From: Candidatus Bathyarchaeota archaeon
Lineage (GTDB): Archaea; Thermoproteota; Bathyarchaeia; 40CM-2-53-6
Direction of reading: 5' to 3'
NCBI GenBank assembly: GCA_963833125.1
Contig: CAWHWX010000001.1
Coordinates: forward strand, 320,001 to 384,000
DNA: 64,000 bases
Numbering within the stretch: position 1 is the stretch's first letter; every line of letters begins with the position of its first letter. The notes beneath the pieces were generated by a model that was not told the origin of the DNA, did no database searches, and saw only the letters and a list, made by a program, of their open reading frames with translations. Shown one piece after another: positions 30,760 through 38,730 of the stretch. A program made the position numbers and the translations under genes.

Positions 30760-31566
30760 CTAGGTTTTGGTTATTGGAATGCCAAAGTCGGCAAAAGTCT
30801 TCTGGATCTCAGAATTGGCCAGACTTACTGCTATCCCGTATAGACTTGGTATCTTTATCCAAATTTCTTGGCCGTTCTTCTCCAAATGCCTTTGACGAAC
30901 TGGCATGGGTTGAAAGCGTGTGCAAATAGCATGAACATTTCCAGTCGATTGAGCGATAATAGGTCCACCGCTATTTCCGTAGTTCAAAGCCTTGTCAAGC
31001 ACGTATACCTTTGTATCCGCCGCGGACATCACCATTCTTGACTTCTCGAAAGTTGAAGAAACTATTGCAGATGTAACTCGCGGGGAATGCTCAACTATTC
31101 CGACTGTTGCGCCCGGCATTTCGAATGATTTTGCCATCGACAATGGGTACCCAAATGAGTATACGGGCTCTCCCTCCTCCAAGTCGCGCACTGAAGTGAG
31201 TATGTAGGGAAACTCAGTTTTTCCTTGTAGCCAAGCCTTGTTGGAGTTCTTTGCGAAATCAACTTTTATTAGCGCAAAATCATTTTTCGAATCTACATGT
31301 TTTAGCTCAACGTACTGACACATGTCTCCGGGTCTCCCTTGCCCTGGTCGAGATTCTTTCATCAACCAAGCCTGGTTGACATCATCTCGAACTTTTGCTG
31401 ACTCACCTTCGCCATGCATTACGACATGTGCAGCCGTAGCAAACCAGCCGTCACTTGACACGAAGAAACCTGTTCCTGCAGGTGTTGGCAGACCTTTGTT
31501 CAAATCGCTGGGAAGATCGATAGAGAACGTGGCAGTTTGTGTTCGACTAAGGGTTTTCCTAATCAT
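30760..31566 (-). CDS. Trypsin-like (S1) serine protease, no signal peptide
   Basis: GTGFF, TAAHV, DFALI, GYP, GNSGGP catalytic triad motifs. Confidence 0.9.
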   Translation of the reverse strand: MIRKTLSRTQTATFSIDLPSDLNKGLPTPAGTGFFVSSDGWFATAAHVVMHGEGESAKVRDDVNQAWLMKESRPGQGRPGDMCQYVELKHVDSKNDFALIKVDFAKNSNKAWLQGKTEFPYILTSVRDLEEGEPVYSFGYPLSMAKSFEMPGATVGIVEHSPRVTSAIVSSTFEKSRMVMSAADTKVYVLDKALNYGNSGGPIIAQSTGNVHAICTRFQPMPVRQRHLEKNGQEIWIKIPSLYGIAVSLANSEIQKTFADFGIPITKT

Positions 31567-31757
31567 CGATTGTACCTTCTATCCTTGCAGCGACCTTACG
31601 ATACACTCGAAAACTTTTTCGACCTTTGGCGTTTTGTCGGAGATAATGAAGCGTACTCTTGCCAATGCCCCGTTGTTTGGCATGAGATCCAGTGAGCGAG
31701 AATCTTAGCGCGCATTCCAAGATCCGCATTTCGTACTAGCCTTGGTGCAGGATAGTC
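31559..31757 (-). pseudogene. Remnant of the C-terminal HTH of a casposase/solo-type Cas1
   Basis: Across two frameshifts: DYPAPRLVRNADLGMRAKILA/LTGSHAKQRGIGKSTLHYLRQNAKG/SFRVYRKVAARI; recognised by recall of the family, not by search. Confidence 0.6.
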
Positions 31758-31822
31758 CGCACTACAATTTCAACACGCCGAACAGTAGCGCGTCACGGCC
31801 GGCGGCTGCGAAGAGTGGTGCA

Positions 31823-31844
31823 GGGTGTGGGTATTCATGGTTTG
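31823..31844 (+). repeat. Degenerate repeat copy just upstream of the cas1-like remnant
   Basis: GGGTGTGG|GTATTCA|TGGTTTG (7-nt core). Confidence 0.35.
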
Positions 31845-31953
31845 AGGTTTGTAAGTTTATGGCGAGTTGGGGATGTTTATGAAATCAATATGCTTTCGTT
31901 TCTTGGAACTTGGATAGACATAAGAAGAATCAATGGTAACCTTCCGGCCTGCA

Positions 31954-32795
31954 ATGACCCGAAGAACAAAGGTCCCGAAACAGATCGAAGCAAGCGTTCT
32001 CTTTGAGAATGATCACACATGCTGCATTTGCAGAGAACCGCGGGAAAGACGTAATAACACATCATATAGACGGAGACAGCAGTAACAATGATCCGACGAA
32101 CCTAGCCGTTCTCTGTCACGATTGTCATAGCAGAGTCACAGGTACACACGGCCTTGGCCGGAAATACTCTTCAATAGAGGTCGGGAAGTACAAACGGGAT
32201 TGGGAGTTCATTGTACGAAAGAAGCGGCACCTTATCATTGAACCGTATCGGAAACTTGAGAAATCTGAAGTGAGATCCACTAGATTCGAGATCAAAAGAA
32301 ATCTGTACGAGCTAGCCGACGGAGAATGGCAAACGAGCCAAAGAGATACTGGAGCTACTAGACATTTATTACATCTATGAGGGCGAGTCGGATTATGTTT
32401 TGGATACGCTAAACGTTCTGGTACCACTCACTCACGGCGCCACAAACCGCCTCGCAGCGGAGTACGCTCTTCACTATTTTTGGCATCTCCCCGGACCAGA
32501 GTACACCCAGATCACAAAGAAAGACATGCGAATTATAGGCAAGGCCATACAATTTCTTACTTGGATGGGGGAATACAGTGCTGAATTCGGCGAAGAAGGC
32601 ACGACAGTACGGGCGGCCTTGAGAGCTCTTCACTCACTATTCGAGACGGTCAGCTCCTACCACGTGAAGAAGCTGGAGACCAGAATTAAGAAATCATATC
32701 GGTCAATCAGGAAGGCAATGCTGGCGTCCGAATATCCGAAAAGAGAAAAGAAGTCGATCATAGCGACCGCAGATTCTTACTTGAGAAGAACATAG
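31954..32795 (+). CDS. HNH endonuclease domain fused to a helical C-terminal region, two frameshifts
   Basis: MTRRTKVPKQIEASVLFENDHTCCICRE / HHIDGDSSNNDPTNLAVLCHDCH. Confidence 0.75.
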
Positions 32796-32830
32796 ATGGA
32801 ATAGAAGTTCGTCACGGGCGGCGGGGGCGG

Positions 32831-32853
32831 CGCACCACTAGACCCACACACAC
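32831..32853 (-). repeat. Repeat copy identical to 29732 copy
   Basis: CGCACCACTAGACCCACACACAC, 23/23 match. Confidence 0.9.
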
Positions 32854-32873
32854 GAAGCGCTACATTACAAGTC

Positions 32874-33640
32874 CTACGTGACCAGTGTTGCTTCGCCGTT
32901 TTGTTTAATTTGGATTTCGTGCCATCGAGCATCGTGCGGCTGGCCCTTTAGGCTTCTGATGCGGAGGAGGTTCTTCGCTTCCTCATCTCGCTCCTTAACC
33001 CGCACGTCGATAACTCCGTCAATGTCGCTTTCCAATCGTTTGTAAAATGACTCCGTATGAATACCACGGACAAATCCGTTGAGAAGTATCCTTTTGGCTC
33101 TCCGGCAGTTTGGGTTGACTCTGCTGATCGCCCCTTCCAGGTAGGGTTTCTCTTCATTGAATCGAAGCAATTGCGAGCTGGACCCCGCTACGGTGAGAGC
33201 GCCTGGAGGCCAAGTTTCAAAGGCGTCCCCAGATTCGGGGCCTTGCGTCATATCCTTGAGGTATTGAACGCTGAGGTCGGAGAGTTTCAGAGAAATGCGC
33301 ACGGTATCCTCCCTCGATCGGTTCGAACATAGAGGGCCCTCCTTCCTCAAGTCTACCCCCGGTAAGCGTTGCTGAATACCAGTCGTCCAAGGCAAAACGG
33401 CCTTCGCTAATCACCGTTGAGACATCAACGCCCAACGCAAGCAGCCTCTCCCTAACGGTTTCTGGGGATCCAAGCATGGCGGTGTATGATACGCGTCCCC
33501 CTGCACGAAGGTAACCTGCGGTGATCGTGCCGCAACAGGTAACCATTAGGATTCTGGATCAAATTCAACAAGGAATAATGTTCCAGGTTTAACTCCATCC
33601 GGGATGAGGTCGGTTAGGACTGGGATGCTGACTAGGTGGT
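32874..33640 (-). CDS. RAD55/KaiC-like paralog of 2616-3434, multiple frameshifts (error or pseudogene)
   Basis: IPVLTDLIPDGVKPGTLFLVEFDPES / DWYSATLTGGR / LRIRSLKGQPHDARWH. Confidence 0.7.
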
Positions 33641-33830
33641 CAGAGGGCAAGGTAGGGCGAGGGAAGCAGTGGTTGAGGTCACCAAAAGGATTGACGGTTG
33701 AACTCGTTTTTTCTGGGGGGAAGTGCACACCACTAAAGCCCGGTTCTGTTAACTTAAACGGGTGGTCGAGTCAGTGTTTTCCCATGTTAACTATTCGGGA
33801 GGTTATTCGATAGTCTATCGGATGCTAACT

Positions 33831-33965
33831 CTAGAGTTCGCTTAGGAGATCGGTTAGCCTCTTTTCTAGCTTCTTGAGTTTTGGTTCAATAATATAGAAT
33901 TGAAAGTGGTTGACGGCTAGGCCGATCATCTTTTGAATTTCGCTCTCGTCAGGTTCGCTCAACAT
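33831..33965 (-). CDS. 44-aa hypothetical protein (not in ORF track)
   Basis: MLSEPDESEIQKMIGLAVNHFQFYIIEPKLKKLEKRLTDLLSEL preceded by SD-like GAGGTGA. Confidence 0.55.
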   Translation of the reverse strand: MLSEPDESEIQKMIGLAVNHFQFYIIEPKLKKLEKRLTDLLSEL

Positions 33966-34239
33966 TCTTCTTTCACCTCTATGACGAGAGGTCTTCGTAC
34001 GTACCTTAAGAGAACTTTTCTTCTTTCCAACGAATCGAAGTTTAATTAAATCTCAGTGTTAATTCGTGAAAGCAGTTTTCTTATTTTTGTATCTTAGACG
34101 AAAATGACGGGGAAATCGTTGGGGGATTTGTTCAGCCGACGACTTGCAAACCAGTTTTTCAGCCTCTTGCGAACATATAGAATGGCGGGCGTCATGGCTG
34201 GAATCGCAGTCAAGACGACTTCAACCATTTGAATGCCGA

Positions 34240-34572
34240 TCAATAAATCCACTCCTCCTTAAGCTGCCGCCGAACACCTGTTATGCCAAATGCCTCTTTC
34301 ACCCAATCGCTAATGGAAGCTGGCTCCATGTATTTTTGCGTGAAATAACGAACTCCAAGCGTTCCAATCCCCATGTTGCAATTGTAGCACAAAGGAACGA
34401 GATTCCTTAGGCTGTCACTTCCACCCCTTGACTTTGCGATCTTGTGACCAACATGCCATGCACCGTGCTGACCCTGTTGCCTATTTGAAAAAGAAAGCCA
34501 CTTCCCGCAAATGTAACACTGACCATTGTTCGATTCGAAAACCAACATTTCTCTCTCGGCTTGAGTAAACAC
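34240..34572 (-). CDS. HNH endonuclease
   Basis: CYICG..HVGHKIAKSRGGSDSLRNLVPLCYNCN. Confidence 0.85.
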   Translation of the reverse strand: MFTQAEREMLVFESNNGQCYICGKWLSFSNRQQGQHGAWHVGHKIAKSRGGSDSLRNLVPLCYNCNMGIGTLGVRYFTQKYMEPASISDWVKEAFGITGVRRQLKEEWIY

Positions 34573-34596
34573 GGGCAGTCCCCTCTATTCTTGAGA

Positions 34597-34830
34597 TTAT
34601 GCGTTCATTCTTCTCAGCAATCGGATGCGTTCTTTCTTCTCCCTGTCCCACTCAAGCTTTCCACGCGGTAAGGGTTTAGGACCACCGATTTCGAGCTCGG
34701 CACGATCTGGAGAAATTGTATTGATTACTGTTTCCCCGACCTTGGGTTTTCGTGAAGCATGGCCCACCCTAAAGTATTTGGGGCTTTTACGCCTAAACAT
34801 TGACCTACTCCCTCCCAATCTAAAGCTCAA
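34597..34830 (-). CDS. Small basic hypothetical protein
   Basis: Tightly packed co-oriented ORF; GGAGG before internal ATG (MFRRK). Confidence 0.5.
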   Translation of the reverse strand: MSFRLGGSRSMFRRKSPKYFRVGHASRKPKVGETVINTISPDRAELEIGGPKPLPRGKLEWDREKKERIRLLRRMNA

Positions 34831-35081
34831 ACCTGAACGCCCTCTATCGTATGGAAGAATGCTTTGTCAAATACTGGTTGCCAAGTCGGATGGTCTTTCT
34901 TCACACACTCGATACATTGCGCAAGGGTTTCTTCCTTAGTCTTCCCCAACTTCAACCCTTCTCGTCTTAAGGCATTGTAAAAGCCACGCAAATCTGCTTG
35001 ACCATCGTAGATGTGCCTACCCGTCCTCGGAATATGTTGAAGTTCGCCGTTAACTATCTGTGTCATCTCTTCCTTTTTCAT
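34827..35081 (-). CDS. Small hypothetical protein
   Basis: 84 aa, protein-like composition, abuts the next ORF. Confidence 0.6.
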   Translation of the reverse strand: MKKEEMTQIVNGELQHIPRTGRHIYDGQADLRGFYNALRREGLKLGKTKEETLAQCIECVKKDHPTWQPVFDKAFFHTIEGVQV

Positions 35082-35410
35082 AATTCACACCCATTCATGC
35101 CCACAGGAAGCCGCACCGCATCTATGAGGTTCTACGTGTCCTTTAGGAAGAACGCAACCGTGAATGTGAGTCGTGTCGGTAGCTTTGCCAACTCCACAAC
35201 GGTCAGGTGGAGCATACTCAGTTAGATGTGCTCTATTCATCCGAGTCACCGAGACAGAAGGAGAAGGTGATGGGTATTGAGAAGTTGATCGTAGCGCAGC
35301 TGCCACAAGAGCACTCAATTGGATGATTTTGTGAACGCTGATAGAGCCAAGCTAGACCTTCGACAGCGAGAGCAACTAAAGCCGCATTCCTTCGCTTCAA
35401 TAGCAGTCAC

Positions 35411-35839
35411 TTATCCGAAAAGATTCGCAAAGAACTGGAATACAGGCAAGAGAAAACCGAACGCAAAAAGCATTGGTGCTAGGTATTTGCAAGCTTTCTT
35501 AACCGCTAACAATTGGTCATGCTGTTGACCACTGAACGCCAATGTCAAAGCAACCATGCCCAAGACGAAGCCAGCACTTGTGAGCCAGTTTATCCCAACC
35601 CATCCAGCGATCTGAAGTCTTAGTTCGGGAATGCCCATCGTAAAAGTCCATGTTAGAATGCCATGCTCAACTAGGAGTGTGGGAAAATACAGGATTATGG
35701 TTACGACTGCGCAGAAGAAAGCCCAAACACCGCTACGCCACCTAACCGAATCGGCAAAGCGATTCGAGATGGCCATTAATCCACCAAGGACCACACCAGC
35801 AAATAGTCCAACGAATAGAGGATCTCCTAGCATGTCCAT
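35411..35839 (-). CDS. Hypothetical 4-TM membrane protein
   Basis: Four hydrophobic segments. Confidence 0.7.
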   Translation of the reverse strand: MDMLGDPLFVGLFAGVVLGGLMAISNRFADSVRWRSGVWAFFCAVVTIILYFPTLLVEHGILTWTFTMGIPELRLQIAGWVGINWLTSAGFVLGMVALTLAFSGQQHDQLLAVKKACKYLAPMLFAFGFLLPVFQFFANLFG

Positions 35840-35850
35840 GTTAGTGCTAC

Positions 35851-35885
35851 ACTGTCCTAGCTGTACAGTTAGGACAGTAATTATA
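35851..35885. promoter_or_regulatory. 28-bp palindrome (candidate operator) abutting a TATA-like box
   Basis: ACTGTCCTAGCTGT/ACAGTTAGGACAGT, 13 of 14 pairs; TATAATTA on - strand at 35885-35878. Confidence 0.7.
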
Positions 35886-35893
35886 CTGTATTA

Positions 35894-36058
35894 TTAAGCT
35901 TTGCTCGGACGTTGGACAGGCTGTATGAATACCTCTTTGCCCTTTGACACAAGCGCCACGTACTCTGGGTCACCGAGATCAGTCATTACATCCTTAGGAA
36001 TTGTAATTCTCTTGCTACCTGAGCCAGTTGGGAATACCTTCACAATCTTGAAGCTCAT
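35894..36058 (-). CDS. AbrB/MazE/SpoVT-like DNA-binding protein (54 aa)
   Basis: MSFKIVKVFPTGSGSKRITIPKDVMTDLG..VALV..EVFIQPV. Confidence 0.75.
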   Translation of the reverse strand: MSFKIVKVFPTGSGSKRITIPKDVMTDLGDPEYVALVSKGKEVFIQPVQRPSKA

Positions 36059-36477
36059 ATCACGAAACACTATCTCCTTCCTTAGCATAAAAATTAGTGA
36101 CAGTCTGGCACTTTTAACACTTGGTACACCTGAACTCACAAAAATCGACACCAGCACTGTTTTAAATGACGCTATTGCCGCAAACAAACACATCAACTCT
36201 GCTTGGCCAAGTATTCGCTCACAATCACACGTACTGTCTCTGGGATCGAGTCCAAGAGTCATTTCTTTCGTTCCTTCTCTAATGCCCGCTCCATTTCTTC
36301 CGAGATGGAGAGGGTAAATCGTTTCATTATCGTGCTCGGCACTTATTGACACTGCCACTCTCCAACCCATCCCTTCAGGTTTCCTTGACAAGGCGCTCAG
36401 TTCGCTCTCCATAGCCCGCTCCGATATGAACACTATAATCGTGATGAGAAGACGAACACCGCACGAACAATTGTCAT

Positions 36478-37735
36478 TTAGTCCGTTTCGAGAAGAAGGA
36501 GTTTTGGATCTTCTAGGTATTGTTTGATTGCGTTTACGAAGCGGGCTGCCATTGCGCCGTCTAATACTCGGTGGTCGAAGGATAGGGAGAGGTAGGTCAT
36601 GTCACGGATTGTGATTTGGTTGTCCTTGACGACGGGTCGTTTGGTGATTTTATGGAGCCCGAGTATGGCGACCTCTGGGTAATTGATTATGGGCGTAGCG
36701 AACACTCCCCCAATTCCGCCTACATTGGTTATTGTAAAAGTGCCTCCCTGAACTTCATTCAACGCCAACTGACCTGCGTGAGCTTTCTCACTCAGGGTTG
36801 CAATTTCAGTGGCGAGTTGGGTTATCGATTTGTGTTCCGCATCCTTGACTATTGGAACGACTAAACCTGATTCCGTGTCGGTTGCTATGCCAATGTTGTA
36901 GTATTTCTTGAGCACTATCTCCTCTTTTTCGTCATCCAAGCTGGAGTTGAGGTAAGGGTATTGCTTCAGTGCCGGAATTAGCGCCTTAATGACAAAGGGC
37001 AGATAGGTCAGCTTAACTCCGCGTTTCTCAGCGGAAACCTTCGCCCTCTCCCTCAGATGGACAACTTCGGTCATGTCAACTTCGTCCACGTGGGTTACTT
37101 GTGCCGCCGCATTCTTCGATTTGAGCATGTGTTCAGCAACTTTTCTTCGAATTCCGCGCAACGGAACTCGCTCTTCAACACCACGCGGCCCAGAGGTAGT
37201 AACAGCTACAACCGCGACCGCTCCCCCTAGCTGTTTGAATCGTTGCACATCCTCGTCGGTAATTCTTCCCCCGCGGCCAGTTCCCTGGACAACAGATAGG
37301 TCTACGCCAAGATCCCTTGCAAGCTTTCGAGTCGCAGGAGTCGCTAGGATTTCTTCGGGTTTTCGTGAAGCTTGAGGGGCGGTTGTTATGTGGGATTTCT
37401 TGTGGCCTAGCAATCGTGGATGTTTTCGCGGGTATGGGGGGAGCTGGTTTCGTGGCAATGGGTGTTCTTTCTGATCCCGGGACACTTGGTTGTCCACCCT
37501 TTTCTTCTATTGAGAGGAGACCTTGTCCCACTTTGACGACTTCGCCCTCTTTGGCCATGAGTTTCTGTACTATTCCTTGCTTGGGGGAAGGTATCTCTAC
37601 GTTGACCTTATCGGTCATGATTTCGACGAGTGGCTGGTTTTCCTTTACCTCGTCTCCTTCCTTCACAAGCCATTTTACAACCTCGCCTTCAGCGACGCCT
37701 TCACCTATGTCGGGAAGGCGGAACTCGTAGACCAA
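36478..37735 (-). CDS. 2-oxoacid dehydrogenase E2 dihydrolipoamide acyltransferase, one frameshift
   Basis: Lipoyl domain LPDIGEG..TDKV, ATPATRKLAR, FDHRVLDG. Confidence 0.92.
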
Positions 37736-37755
37736 TCAGTATCACTATTTCCCGG

Positions 37756-38730
37756 TTAGAAGTTGTGAACTTTCTCGATTGCAGCTAGGACCCGAGGGGT
37801 GTTGGGCATGTATTCGTCTTCGAGAACGTATGGGAAGGGAATGTCGAAGCCTGCTACCCTTAGGATAGGCGCTTTCAAACTTAGAATGCAACGTTCAGCG
37901 ATTTGAGCCGCTATTTCTGCGCCGAACCCACAGGTCTTGCATGCTTCATGCAGAATCACTACCCTTCCTGTTTTCTTAACTGAATTGATGATTGTTTCGA
38001 TGTCGAAGGGTGCGATGGTTCTGATGTCAACCACCTCGACATTGATGCCTTTCGCTGCTGCAAGTTCCGCGGCTTCCATAGCTACGTGGAGCATCGCCCC
38101 GTAAGCGAATACGACTACATCATTCCCTTCGCGGGCGATGTTGGCCTTACCTATGGGGACCGTATATTCCTCTTCAGGGACTTCTCCGCGGACTGTTCGA
38201 TAGATTTTCTTGGGTTCAAGAAATATGACAGGGTCGGGATCGCGCATTGCAGATGTGAGTAGGCCTTTGGCGTCGTAGGGTGTTGCTGGAATCACAACTT
38301 TGAGCCCGGGTGTGTGGGCGAAGAACGCCTCGGTGCTTTGAGAGTGGTAATGGCTGCCCCTGATACCGCCCCCGTAAGGGGTTCTGACTACGACGGGGGT
38401 TGTGAATTGGCCTCCGGATCTGTATCTGAACTTGGAAAGTTCGCTTTGGATTTGGTCGAAGCCGGGATAAATGAAATCCATAAACTGAATCTCTGATACA
38501 GGCCTTAACCCATACAGAGCCATCCCGATGGAAACCCCGATGATTCCTGTCTCAGAGAGTGGTGTGTCGATGACTCGGTTTGGGCCAAATTCCTGGATTA
38601 ATCCTTCAGTTGCTCGAAAGACACCACCGTCGATCCCCACATCTTCACCGAGTACTATGACCTTGTCATTTCGCGTCATCTCTTCTCGTAACGCGTGATT
38701 GACCGCTTGAACCACATTCAGAACAGTCAA
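37756..38730 (-). CDS. 2-oxoacid dehydrogenase E1 beta subunit
   Basis: GEDVG..GGVFR, DTPLSE, EIQF, HSQS; TTG start overlapping the E1 alpha stop. Confidence 0.93.
   Translation of the reverse strand: MTVLNVVQAVNHALREEMTRNDKVIVLGEDVGIDGGVFRATEGLIQEFGPNRVIDTPLSETGIIGVSIGMALYGLRPVSEIQFMDFIYPGFDQIQSELSKFRYRSGGQFTTPVVVRTPYGGGIRGSHYHSQSTEAFFAHTPGLKVVIPATPYDAKGLLTSAMRDPDPVIFLEPKKIYRTVRGEVPEEEYTVPIGKANIAREGNDVVVFAYGAMLHVAMEAAELAAAKGINVEVVDIRTIAPFDIETIINSVKKTGRVVILHEACKTCGFGAEIAAQIAERCILSLKAPILRVAGFDIPFPYVLEDEYMPNTPRVLAAIEKVHNF

Larger units (their letters stand above)
29491..36471. mobile_element. Accessory island between E2 and E3 genes
   Basis: Nucleases, protease, AbrB-like protein, cas1-like remnant and small orphans between co-oriented E2 and E3; 8-bp TGTCATTT at both edges. 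Confidence 0.6.

Noticed and set aside
36059-36433. 179-aa ORF 35894-36433 as a single gene
   Set aside because: Only the last 54 aa look like AbrB and have their own SD-like sequence; the upstream part is probably non-coding or a remnant
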